DNA of 64,000 nt. It comes from Octopus vulgaris. Its lineage: Eukaryota. A program made the translations under genes and the position numbers. How positions within the stretch are numbered: the stretch's first letter is position 1; each line of letters begins with the position of its first letter. The notes below the pieces were generated by a model, which searched no databases, was not told where the DNA came from, and was given only the letters and a program-made list of their open reading frames with translations. The stretch is from assembly GCA_951406725.2 (NCBI GenBank), contig OX597825.1, positions 73,098,001 through 73,162,000 of the forward strand, given 5' to 3'. Shown here piece after piece: positions 49,605 to 63,976 of this stretch.

Positions 49605-51585
49605 CTTTCAAAATACAAAGACCTGGAAATAGAGGTAACCAGAATGTAGAATCTAACTTTCAAAATACAAAGACCTGGACATAGAGGTAACTAGAATGTG
49701 GAATCTAAAAACAGAAACAATTCCTATCATAGTAGGTGCATTAGGCATGATAAAAAAATATTCAGACAAATAAATAACAAAAACATCAGGACTTACAAAC
49801 ACATATAACATACAGAAAATTGCACTACTAGGCACTGCACACATCCTACGCAGAACACTTTCAATACAGTAACCGTCAGAGCATCACAACAAATCACAGC
49901 ACATACCCAATGCACACAGAGCTGCGCTCGGTAGTGAAGTGAATGCACGCTATAAAAATAAAACTACTGAATGATAATAATAATAATAACGGAAGGATAC
50001 AAATATCTTGGTGTACTAGAGTTCCACGAGATAATGGAAAATGAAATGAAAGAGCAACTGAGGATGGTGTATTTCGTAAGACTGAGGTTGGTGCTGCGCT
50101 CAAAATTGAGTGGATGGAATAAAATCCAAGCAGTTAATACGTAAGCGATAGCAGGAATTATAAAATGGCAAAAGAGAGAAATGAAGAAATGAATACCAGG
50201 ACTAGAAAAATGTTGGCAGCACACGGAGCCTTCCACGCTAAGAGTGACACTAATGGGCTGTACATGTCCAGAAGAAAGGGTGGGAGAGGTTTGATGAGTT
50301 GCCAGGACTGTATCGAAACAGAGGAAAGCAACTTAGGATGGTGTATAAAAAATGCCGTGGAGCCACTGTTGAAATGCACGAAAGAGGCCGGCGTCATTAA
50401 AACCGAAAATTGTGAAATGAAAGAAAAAATTAAACAAGAAATGAACAAAATAAAAAAAAAAAGAAAAATCATGGAAACAAAAGAAAATGTACGGTCAGTT
50501 TGCAAGAGATGTGAACTCCAAGATAGATACAGTGGATCGGTGGACGTCCTGTTTTATCTTCATCTTCAAGTCTAAAATCTCCACTTTTGAATTTTGTAAA
50601 CCATCTTCTGCAAGTTCTTCCATTCAAGCATTCTTTCCATTTTACTCACAACGATTCTACTCACAAGGTTTTGGAATCTTATATGTATACCATTCTGCCT
50701 AAATAATGGATCTACAAATGCAATATCCCTGCATATCTCACATTTATTTTCATCCCCCCCTTCACTCTCTATTTCGTATCTTATCTAAGTTAACTATTAC
50801 TTAACCATTTTCTCACATCGTCTCCAACGAAGGGATATAATAAATATCCTGGAAACAGCTGAAGACAAAGGCAGAAGCAGCCATAAGCGCAGCTCAAGAA
50901 CAAGCGTTAAGGATCAATTATATGAAGTGCAGAATAGACGACATTACCGACAGCGATAAATGCAGAATGTGTGGTGAGAGGGGTGAAATGGTATGGCACA
51001 TCGTTAGTGAATGCCCGAGATTGGGACAACGCGAATACAAAAGATACCATGACAATGTGGCAAGAATGATCCATTGGGAGCTCTGTGGAAAACACGGCCT
51101 ACAAGGAGTAAAGACGTGGTATGAGAAAACTCCAAGAGTCACCGAAAATGAAATTTGTAGAATCCAGTGCGATCACCTGACCAGACATTGGAAACCGGAC
51201 ATTGTTGTGGTGAATAAAAAAACAAAGAACATGTATGATAATCGACATAGTGACAACAGGATCGATGTGAAAGAAGAAAAACTAAACCACTATGACGATT
51301 TAAAGTGGGAAATACGAAGGTTGTGCTCGATGAAGAGAGTAGATGTGATGCCAATAGTAATTGGTGCACTTGGAAGTATCAGCACTCAACTACCAACATG
51401 GCTGAAAAAGATCGGTGTAAGTTTGAAGGTAGAACATCAACAAAAATCAGCATTGCTTGGAACTGCAAGAATTCTTTGCAGGGTTCTTGAAGAATGACCA
51501 GTAAACAAGTGTCACCCTAGTCTGCTAGCTGTGGGCAGCTGACACTTTCCATCATACTCAACAAAATAAGCAGTGTTTTCATATA
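49600..51585 (+). mobile_element. Two R4/Dong-like retrotransposon 3' fragments in (TAA)n arrays; the second is interrupted at 50544-50866
   Basis: KLSKYKDLEIEVTRMW..IPIIVGALG; GYKYLGV; LYMSRRKGGRGL; CRMCGERGEMVWHIVSEC; KPDIVVV; IVIGALG; KSALLGTARIL. Dong-type elements are known to target TAA repeats. Confidence 0.9.
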
Positions 51586-51675
51586 ATAATAATAATAATA
51601 ATAATAATAGTAATAATAATAGTAATAATAATAATAATGATGATGATGATGATAATAATAATAATGATGATGATG

Positions 51676-51724
<49 letters not shown>

Positions 51725-51744
51725 TGATGATGATGATGATGATG

Positions 51745-51833
<89 letters not shown>

Positions 51834-52129
51834 AAGAACAAGAAGAATAAGAAGCATCTGTGTACATCGTGCCATTATGATCTGGTTATGACTGGCAAAT
51901 GAAGAAATGAGTTATAAGTTTCGTTATTGATTTCCCAGTTTTCTCCACCGATGAACACTGATGCACATGATGGCCGAGAGGCTTTTATTTAGTTTTCTTA
52001 ATTAGCTGTTAATTGAGGTGGTAAGTATTGGACGCAGTCACGATTGGGTATCGTCGGTTGGAGTAGCATGCGTGATGTTGTGTGGTTTTGGACATGTCAC
52101 AGATCCTAGTAGATATTGATCAATGATGT

Positions 52130-53625
52130 AATAGCTCCATATAGCCATTGGTGACTGCTATATAACAGTCCCTAACAATTATTGATGACTGATATAACAA
52201 TTCCCAGTCGTTATTGGTGACTGGTATATTAAAGTTCATTGAACAACTGGTATAGCAGCTCCTAGCATTTGTTAGTGATTATTATAACATTTTTTAGTAG
52301 TTATTGGTGACTGGCATTTAAAAGTTCCTAGAAGTTATCGACAATTGGTATTTTAAAGTTCATAGTAATTAACGACTAGTTTAGAAACTTCTAGTAGTTA
52401 TTGGTGACTATTACAACATCTCTTAGTAGTTATTAGTGATTAGTATAATAATTCCTACAAGTTATTGATGACTTTGTTAAACAGTTCTCAGTCGTCATAA
52501 GGCGGCTGGTACATTAAAGTTATTGACGACCAATATAGCAATCTCTAGCAGTTATTGGTGAATGTTATAGCATTTTCGTGACTGGCGTTTTAAAGTTCGT
52601 AGTTATTGACTAGTATAGTGGCTCCTAGCAATTATTGGTAACTATTATAACATTTCTTAGCATTTGTGACTGGTATAGCAGTTCCCAGTCGTTATTGGCG
52701 ACTGGTATATTCTTTTCTACTCAAGGCACAAAAACCCGAAATTTTTGTGAGGGGGCCAGTCGATTAGATCGACCCCCAGTACACAACTGGTACTTAATTT
52801 ATCGACCCCGAAAGGATGAAAGGAAAAGTCGACCTCGGCGGAATTTGAACTCACAACGTAACGGCAGACGAAATACCTATTTCTTTATTACCCACAAGGG
52901 GCTAAACACAGAGGGGACAAACAAGGACAGACATAGGTATTAAGTCGATTACATCGACCCCAGTGCGCAACTGGTACTTAATTTATCGACCCCGAAAGGA
53001 TGAAAAGAAAAGTCGACCTCGGCGGAATTTGAACTCACAACGTAACGGCAGACGAAATACCGCTAAGCATTTCGCCCGGCGTACTAACGTTTCTGCCAGC
53101 TCGCCGCCTTTGGCGCGGCTGGTGTATTACTCCCCATAATAGTTATTGATGACTAATATAACTTATAGCAACTATTGGTGACTGTTATAACATTTTGGTG
53201 ACTGGTATAGCAGTTACTAGTAGTTATTGGTGACTCGTATATAAAAGTTCCTAGCAGTTATTGGCGACTGGTATGTTAAAGTTAAGTCTTTAAAAGGTTT
53301 AAAATTAAACACTAATCGAATCCTAGTGCATTTTTAAGTTGACGACTAGTACAACAGCTCTTAGCAGTCATTAGTGATTGTTATAACATTTTCTAGTTGG
53401 TATCTGGTATAACGGTTCTTAGCAGTTATTGGCGACTGGTATATAAACGTTCCTAACAGTTGTTGCTATAGAAATGTCCCTAGTAGTTATCGGTGACTGG
53501 TATATTAAAGTTCCTAGTCATTAGTAACTGGGATAGCCTGTTCGTAGTTGTTATTGATGAATTTTATAAAAACCTTTGTAGATAAATGTTGACTGATGTA
53601 ACAATAATTTTAAGTAGTTATTTGT
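52130..53625. repeat. Degenerate ~28-32-bp minisatellite (consensus approx. gttcctagcagttattggtgactggtatattaaa)
   Basis: Dozens of diverged units; interrupted by a SINE A dimer at 52710-53110. Confidence 0.8.
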
Positions 53626-54366
53626 TTATGTATTTTCTGTTGTTTTAAGACGCACGGTACTGGCATAAATTTTAATAGTCTCGGAGGACATATGTAAATA
53701 ATGGGCGCAGTTCTTCGCTCCTGAGCAAATCAATAAAAAAAAAATTATATGTGATGTAATAGCTGTTACATGGAAAACAATACCATCACGGTATAGAGAT
53801 CTTAAACAATGGAAACTCGTGTATAACCATGTACACACATACACAAACACATTGATGCGCATGCATGTGCACGATGTACAAGCACACAAATAGAAACCTG
53901 CATACATACATACATACATACATACATACATACATACATACATACATACATACGTAAACACAAATGCAAGCATAGATACACACAAACACATACACACATT
54001 GACTTATACATACTCTTAGTGTCTTCTGTAATTGCATATAATATAGTGAATGGTTGATTAATACTCTTATCGATGTGCAGTGGCAAGTTCAGTTAAGATG
54101 TGATTGACTACAGATTTCTGAGAAAAAGGAGACTTACATTATAACGCATATCTGCTCTTCGATAAGGGGGTGAAATAAATATGGAAGGCATTTTGTCCGA
54201 CGCTGTAATGATTCTGCAAGTTGCTGCACTTAATTAATTCTACACGATCACTATTGATCGTCCCCGCCTATTTTTTTGTTTTCACGATCCTTTTTTGATC
54301 GGAATTCGACTCCTTTTTTTCCTCCCTTCTTCCCAAAAAGAAAAGCCCTACTTTGTATTTTGTCCC

Positions 54367-54447
<81 letters not shown>

Positions 54448-54750
54448 TTAGAGGATATATTAACCTCTTAAAGGGATGATTTACATCCAAGAAAAACGCT
54501 GGTTCCATACCTTACGGCTTTGGGAAATAAAGTATGCCTAAATCAATAAGTATATATTAAGTATATAATCCGTATTAAATTAAGAGAAGAAAAAGGAGAG
54601 TTAGTGGTTAATAATTATGAATAAATTGATAATCATTATCAATTTATTAATAAATAAATATTTACCACTAACTCTCCATTTTATTCTCTTAATTTATTAC
54701 GGAGTGTATATATATATATATATAATCAATATATCATATATCCTAGATGT

Positions 54751-55756
54751 CAGGTCATCCCATAAGTTCTGTCCGAATTTTGAATAAAGAAAACAAGTGA
54801 TCAAATGTCATATTTAATTGAAATTTAATCATCAATGTACTTTCCCTTATTATCCATGACTTCCTTCCATCTATTCACAAGCTTTTAAATCCCATCAATG
54901 TAAAACTCTTTTGGTTTCAAAGAGAAGAACTCTCAAATGCCAGTTTCGACCTCCTCCTGGATTTGCGAATGTTATGTCCCCCAAATGATTCTGTAAACTA
55001 CGAAACAAATGGTAGTCTGAAGGTGCAAAGTCGGGAGAATAAGGTGAATGAGGAATTTTTTCCCAACCAAGCTCTTCAATCTTCTGTGATGTGATCTTTG
55101 CAGTGTGGGGTCGCGCATTGTCCTGATGAAACATCACTCCTTTTCGATTCACTAAAGCGGGTCTTTTTTTCTTCAAAGCTTACTTCAAACGCTCTAATTG
55201 CTGACAGTAGACTTGAGTATTGATTGTTGCATTAGGTGGAAACAATTCAAAGTGAATTACCCTTTTGCAATTCCACCAGATAGAGAGAAGAACCTTTTTC
55301 TCATGAAGTTCCCTTCTTGGTTGTGGTTGAGCTTTTCCCTTTTACCAAGCCACTGTTTACGACGTTTAACATTTCGATAGAAGATCCATTTTTCGTCACC
55401 AGTCACAAGTCTATCCAAAAAGGGTGAAATGAATTCGCGAGAATGGAGAGAAGAGCAGATGTCAACTCGGGATTTGCGGTTGCTTTCGGACAATTCATGA
55501 GGCACCCATTTTCCAAGTTTAGGAAAATTTCCAAGTTGTTGAAGATAACGATGAACAGTTGCATGGTTTGAACTAAGCTTTATTGCCAATTCTTCAACTG
55601 ATAATGCAGGATTTTCTTCAAGTAATGCCTCAAGGAGCTTATCATCAAACTCAAGTCAACGTCCTGTTCGATCTTCATCTTCAAGACTGAAATCTTCACT
55701 TCTGAATTTTGCAAACCATCTTCTGCAAGTTCTTCCATTCAGGCATTCTTTCCATT
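54751..55756 (-). mobile_element. Mariner transposon remnant with one TIR
   Basis: RRWFAKFRS.DFSLEDEDR, GKWVPHEL, DRLVTGDEKWI, HQDNARPHTA, PYSPDFAPSDYHLFRSL; TIR-like caggtcatcccataagttctgtccga at 54751. Confidence 0.92.
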
Positions 55757-55921
55757 TTACTCACAAGGTATTGGAATCTTATATGTATACCATTCTGCCT
55801 AAATAATAGATCTACAAATGCCATATCTCTGCATATCTCACATCTATTTTCATTCCTTCACTTCACTCTCTATTTTGTATCTTATCTAAATAAAACTATT
55901 GCTTAACCATTTTCTCACACC

Positions 55922-55969
55922 GTCTCCGATGAAGGGATATAAGAAATATCCTGGAAACAGCTGTAAGAC
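55922..55969 (+). ncRNA. Minimal type-I hammerhead motif (CCGAUGA core)
   Basis: gtct-CCGATGA-ag-ggatat(aagaa)atatcc-tg-GAAAC-agct-GTA-agac; a decayed copy lies at 50820-50866. Confidence 0.6.
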
Positions 55970-56187
55970 CTTCTATTTATAAATGTTCTAAAATCTTCAC
56001 TGCCTTGGATTTTTTTATCTCATTCTGAGAAAATTTTTTTATATATATAAATGCTGATATATGACCTACGTTGGACTCCTTATTCGCATAATCACCGAAC
56101 CTGGAGCTTAACTATAGTCTGTCCATAGCACTTACTCAGCATTACCTGACACCTTTGGGTCTTACTGACACCATTACCTCTCATAAC

Positions 56188-56268
<81 letters not shown>

Positions 56269-56466
56269 CATGTAGTAAAAAAATTAGCAGTCTTGACTGC
56301 TATTTCTGAATTTTCGGCATGTGGTGAAGCAACTTTCTGCAAATCCCTAAATTATATTTATAATTATAAAAAAACTTTTTGTATAAGTTTTTACCGGTAA
56401 TGGCTTTTTCTCCATACCGAAGCTACTTGGTAGAATTTATTAATCATTAAATTACACACACACACA

Positions 56467-56569
<103 letters not shown>

Positions 56570-58602
56570 GTACATGCACATGCAGTACGAAAATATATAA
56601 GCAACACTTAATTACATACATTCAGAATATAAAAAGGCACGGAATATTTCAGGGACTACCGGGTATTCTTCATATTATCAACAAGCAAATATGCAACCAA
56701 CATGTTCATAAACAACCAACACGTAAATGTGTAACCGCTTCGTAAATGCATAACCAATGCGTAAATATATAATAGTAAACGTGTTACCAAAGCGTCTACT
56801 TATTACCTGTTGATTAACAACGGCAGGTAAATTTATACGAAAAACGTAATTAAACAAGAATTTCAATATATAACAGAAGAACGTAAACGTATAAGCAAAG
56901 CGTGGCTGTGTGGTGAGAAATTTGCTTCCTGAGGCCTTGTGAGTTGGCAGTCGGAAACCGAAAGAAGTCTGCCCATCCACCCATCCATCCATCCATCCAT
57001 CCATCCATCCATCCATCCATCCATCCATCCATCCATCCATCCATCCATCCATCCATCCACCCGTCCGTCCGTCCGTCCGTCCTTCCATCCATCCATGTTC
57101 TTCATTCACTATACATGGAAAGGTCGTAGGAGTAGAGTCCCCAGGCACTCTTCCTTAGGGTTTTATCAGAAACACCCATCATTACACTTTCCGCTTGAAT
57201 TCCTGAGTTTGACTAACCGAAACCATGGATACTATTTAACCATCCCATTCTTGGTCTACCATTAGGTCTCGTCCCTTGACCTAACAAATCTATGATCAAA
57301 GGTTTTTGCAGCCATGACCATCTCTTCTGTTGTGTTTTTATAGGCGTGCACAACGTATAAGGGATACATTATTCCAATTGTCCTTCGTTTCATAAGACAG
57401 TTGTGTGTGGTTTGAGAGAGATTAGGCTGTTATTTGTAATAGATCACCTGACCACTTTGAAGTTTCTTCGTTTGTTCGATGCTATGCGGTTTCCAAATAG
57501 GGCTGAACTAATTTAATGAAATAATTCTTCGTAATCTTTCTGCCTGTCTGTCTGTCTCTCTCTTAATGAAGCACGCGACATCTCTGAACCTTGATGCCTT
57601 TTTTCTATTTCTTTGGAAGGCGGTGCAATCAAAACTCAGGACCCAGTCTTCAGCTACTCTGCAATATACGCCGAAACGAATTGTTCTGCAATATATGGAT
57701 AGTTTATCCGGTTCCCCCTATATTATTAGAATTATCCTGCGTTTGAGAATAAAATTGTTTCTTTATTTTTCAATATCTCTCAACGCTTCTAAAGCAAACT
57801 CTGGTTACTTTCATCGTAAGTTGAATTTATACTCGCAATTACTTATCTATCAATCAGAATGTTTAAATGCCGCAACGTATAGCGTAAATAGTGTATCAAA
57901 CAACATGCCCAACCGTGTTCGCTTTTATCCCTCCATGCCATTATTAGAAGTTGTCTATTCTTAGATACAATAGCGACAACATGAATTTCTTCCATCCTTT
58001 TGCTCTGTTAAAATATTTAAGAAAAATTATATTAATATTTCCTACTTGTTAAAATTCCATGTATTTATTTGTGCAGCTGAAGATGGCATTGCATGGTTAA
58101 TAGTTCGACATCACCATTTGGTAGCCTGGGCAAGTGCCTTTTACTCTCGCCTAGCAACCCGAACCTTGTAAGTGAAATTAGTCTGCACAGAAACTGTGGG
58201 AAAGCCAATCGGAAGTATTGGACAGAAGGCACAGATTTGTGAGACATTGTGTCTCGCTGGGTTTTGTCAAATGATTACATTTTGAGTAAAAGTGTGTGTG
58301 GGAGAGTAAGATATTGTGGATAAGGAGATAGTGAGGGAGAAGGAGAAGGAGAAGCAGAGAGGTAGATAGATTAATGGAGATAGCTAGGCAGATATATAAG
58401 TCGAGAGATAGAGATACATAGATAGATAGAGATATGAAAGTTTGCAGAGAGGGGATATTTTCTTTAAGGTCGACAGATAAGGTTATCCTACAGATCTATA
58501 ACTTAGAGTGTGTTTCTTATTCCGATTTATGATTTAATGACGATCGATACACACACAGAGACATACAGACACGCACAAACACACACACATATATGTATGT
58601 AT

Positions 58603-58681
<79 letters not shown>

Positions 58682-58716
58682 TACATATACATACACATAC
58701 ATATATATGTATGTAT

Positions 58717-58779
<63 letters not shown>

Positions 58780-59657
58780 CATACACATACATATATATAT
58801 ATATATGATTGTATACATATATATATAGAAAGATAAGTGGAGAGATATATCTATGTGTACGTACACGTATATACACATATGTATATATATATGTGTGTGT
58901 GTATATATATATATATACACACACACACATACAAAGGGAAAATAAAAGAGAAAGGGAAAGAGAAAGAGAGTAAGAGAGAGAGAGAGAAGGAGAGATGGAG
59001 AAACAAAGAAAGAGAAATAGAAAAGAAAAGAGACGGAGTCATAAAAGAAATGAAAATAAAATTTAAAAAAAGAATAAAAAAAAAAAAAAATTGGCGGGCG
59101 AAGAATCACGCGTGATTAAACGTGAATAAACGTGAATTATTTCTTCTTTTGTTCAGCATGAAGACAAGGGCGATTTTAGAGGAGGAATGAATTTAGAAAA
59201 GGCGTGGTGCATGCTTGTCTCCACGTCAGTTACGCCATAAATGTTGTTTAAGAAAATAAACAACATCGCATGTGCTGCTAGGTGATGTAAACATTCCTTC
59301 ACATGTATGTCTCAACACAATGAACATATTGGGAAATTTGAACGAGAAATCGTGGTGATTCGTACAAAAATATTAATGACTGTTACGACGGGCATCTATG
59401 AAATATTTCTGCATGTCTGTCTGTCTTTATGTCTGGTTGTCTGTCGCGCTCTCCTTCTCTGTTTCCATGTGGATGTGTTTGTGCGCGCGCGTGTATGTGA
59501 GTGTTTGTATATGTGTTTGTTTGTATGTGTATATGAATGTATTTTGAATGTATGTATACATCTACATATGGAAGAACGCATGCAGATTACCACGCACCTA
59601 TCTGTGCATAGGTGTCTATCTGTGTGTATATACGCTTTTTCCTGTGAGTTTGGGGTG

Positions 59658-59690
<33 letters not shown>

Positions 59691-59967
59691 TATGAAAACC
59701 TGAAACGTACGTATTATATAAATATATATATATATATATATATAAAATACATAAATATTTGTATGTATGAATGTATGAATGCATGTATGTATGTTATATG
59801 GATGTAAGCACACAAACAATTACACGCCTTGTAGGAGTATATTCGTATCAGTGTGGTAGGAATACGGTTACAACAACACACACGCACAAAAAAAACCCCA
59901 CACAGGCATCTATCTACCTTTTAACACGTATCTCCTGACTATTTCAAAATTTAAATACACATGCGTA

Positions 59968-60042
<75 letters not shown>

Positions 60043-60479
60043 CAAGGGTACACACGCATCTATACACACATACATATATAAAATTCTTCTACAAGAATAT
60101 TATTGACAGTAACTTCGAAATTTCCGTCAGCTAATCCATCATCGGACAGTCCGATGATCGCTTAGACGGTGGAAATTTTGAAATCGGTATTTTTGCCAAA
60201 GAATAATAATAAATCTGTACTTTACAAAAGTATTGAATTATCCTTTAGTTTAATGTAAAATTGTAACAAAAACAAACATCAATATATATATATAATAATA
60301 TTAGGGAGTATAACTCCAAACTTACAGGGAAAAATTCAATTTAGTATTAAATCAAATTTCACAATATTAATATATAAAATATAAATTAGTGATGAAACCA
60401 CTATTATGCAACTCAAACAGTCTATCACTGTTTGAGTTGCATAATAGTGGTTTTATCTCTAATTTATATTATATATATA

Positions 60480-60528
<49 letters not shown>

Positions 60529-61023
60529 GCGCAGACATGGCTGTGTAGTAAGAAGCTTGCTTCTCAATCATTTGGTTCTGGGTCCCACTGCGTGGCACCT
60601 TGGACAAATCTTCTACTATAGTCTTAGACCGAACAAAGCCTTGTAAGTGGATTTAGAAGACGGAAACATATATCTATGTGTGTGTCTTTCTGTCTGTGTT
60701 TGTCCCCCACCCCTACCATTTGACAACCGGTATTGGTGTGTTGGCATCCCCGTAACTTAGCGGCTTGGCAAAAGAGAACGAGTAAGTTAGCTAAAAATTC
60801 AAGGCGGTGTTCCAGCATCACCACAATCTAATGACTGAAACAAGTAAAAGATTAAAGATATATTGATCAATTTATGAGTCAAAGGGCTCAGTATAAAATA
60901 AGCACTAAAAATATTAGTTGGATATTGAGAACAAAATAATTGAGTACATATTAAAAATATGTCTAAATCATTATTTATATTATTTACATTTGACGGATAT
61001 TTGCCCTCATCTTGTTTGTTGTT

Positions 61024-61069
61024 AACACAACGTTTCGGCTGATATACCCTCCAGCTTTCATCAGGTGCC
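61024..61069 (-). ncRNA. Minimal type-I hammerhead motif in a PLE pLTR-like repeat (60965-61115)
   Basis: Minus strand: ggcac-CTGATGA-aagctg(gagggtatat)cagcc-GAAAC-GTT-gtgtt. Confidence 0.6.
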
Positions 61070-61114
61070 TCGGGGAAATTTCGAACCTGGTTTCTCATTC
61101 CTAAGGTATTTTTC

Positions 61115-61193
<79 letters not shown>

Positions 61194-61476
61194 GATTGTC
61201 TTAACTGGTACATCACAGGTATTGAGAAGAGCATTGTCGCTGTGAGAACAATTACTACCCATGTATTTTAATTTAACTTAAAAAAAAAAATGAATGAACT
61301 ATTGAGTTTAGTTTAATGGCCTACCAATGTATACTATGAGTTTCTTTGCTCTAGGAGTCGGAAAGACACTCGGCAAGAAATGGAAGCAAATTTGAAAGAA
61401 GAAGAAAAAAAAAATAATAATAACAACATCGCAAAAATACCTTAAGAATGAGATCCCTGGTTCGAAATTTCCCCAG

Positions 61477-61522
61477 GACACCTGAAGAAGGCTGGAGGGT
61501 ATATCAGCTGAAACGTTGTGTT
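61477..61522 (+). ncRNA. Minimal type-I hammerhead motif in a PLE pLTR-like repeat (61432-61600)
   Basis: gacac-CTGAAGA-a-ggctg(gagggtatat)cagct-GAAAC-GTT-gtgtt; palindromic stem III aacgtt. Confidence 0.65.
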
Positions 61523-61867
61523 AACAGCAAAGAAAAAGAGGACAAATATCCATCAAATGTAAATAATGTACATAATTCCTCATCTCTTAAATATAGAACT
61601 GTATGTCTAGATCACGTACCTACAAGAAAGAGGTTTTGATTCAGTCCGGAATTGCATCATCAAGTTGAGAACAATATAAAAAGCATCAAGCTTAGTCGAA
61701 AGTCTACATGAAATACTTTGAAATTCTTGCTTGGAAAAACATATATCTTCGAAAAGTTTGTGTGCGGTTTCAAATATCACAGATTTGTTAAAAAAGAGAA
61801 TTATTATTTATTTGTTCCATACATACATACATACATACATACATACATACATACATACATACATACA

Positions 61868-61901
<34 letters not shown>

Positions 61902-62389
61902 CATACATGCATGCATTTATATATAGATACATAAATATATATATATATATATACAAATTGAGATAGGGGTTGTAAATGCAACCCTCTATGGGATAACGTA
62001 TATCCAATATACTGCTAGTGAAGTACCCAACAAAGTTAATACATAAATGTTAATGATTGCGATGCAATCAATTCATTTACTGTATTATATGGGCAAAGGT
62101 AAAATGATTTACCACAAATTACTAATACAAGATAAGAAAATGGAGAAATACATCTAAATCAAATATCAATTACCAGATAATACTCAATCACATACTTTAT
62201 TAAACCACCACATAAGAGACTGTAGGGTTAAATATAAAAAGCAGAACAAATCAGTGTACATAAAGGAGTGTACATAAAAAAGTGTACATAAAAGAGTAAT
62301 GTTGTATAATAATTAGAATATATATAAAAAAGAATATTGAGTATTATCTGGTAATTGATATTTGATTTAGATGTATTTCTCCATTTTCT

Positions 62390-62443
<54 letters not shown>

Positions 62444-63154
62444 TCCATGCCCATATTAGAAGTTGTCTATTCTTAGATACAATAGCGACAACATGAATTT
62501 CTTCTATCCTCTTGCTCTGTTAAAATATTTAAGAAAAATTATATTAATATTTCCTACTTGTTAAAATTCCATGTATCTATTTGTGCAGCTGAAGATGGCA
62601 TTGCATTAAAATTGATGTAATGATTGCATTGTTCAATTAAATGGGGTCGCTTAAAGCGGTCGTACTGCATCACTACTTGATATCCTGTTGCTTATTCTGA
62701 TTATATATATATAAAACAAAGTTATTTTATTCCACACAAATAGAAATATAGAAAAAGTAACTTAAAAATGCACTACGATTCGATTAGTGTTTAATTTTAA
62801 ACCTTTTAAAGACTTAACCGTTTTCACAGATTTTTATGATTTTCAAAAGTTGAGAGAGAAAGACCTGGTGCTATGCTACAACTGTCTTGATTCTGACTGG
62901 AGTTAAGAAATTCACGTTTTCTTTTTAAGAGAGAAAACATGGCACAAATTAATATCTGTTTTGGATACCTTTTGAGGATGATCACGTGATTGGATTTAGA
63001 AATTTTTGTAAGTTACCCTCTACGTCCGTTCTTTAATGCCATGAGATAATGTATTTGGCACCGTATATTAAAGCTTTCAAGGTTGCGTGAACCTGTCTAG
63101 TGACAGTCCCAAACAATCAAAGCTCTCTGAATTTAGACTGTTAAGTGTAGTAAA

Positions 63155-63762
<608 letters not shown>

Positions 63763-63870
63763 GAATTGTCTGAAAGCAACCCCAAATCCCGAGTTGACAT
63801 CTGCTCTTCTCTCCATTCTTGCGAACTCATTTTACGCTTTTTGGATAGATGTGTGACTGGTGACGAAAAA
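63763..63870 (+). mobile_element. Short mariner fragment, same family as 54751-55756
   Basis: ELSESN.KSRVDICSSLHS...DR.VTGDEK; inverted match to ~55390-55500. Confidence 0.8.
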
Positions 63871-63880
63871 TATGTATAAT

Positions 63881-63912
<32 letters not shown>

Positions 63913-63943
63913 TGTATGTATGTATGTATGTATGTATGTATGC

Positions 63944-63976
<33 letters not shown>

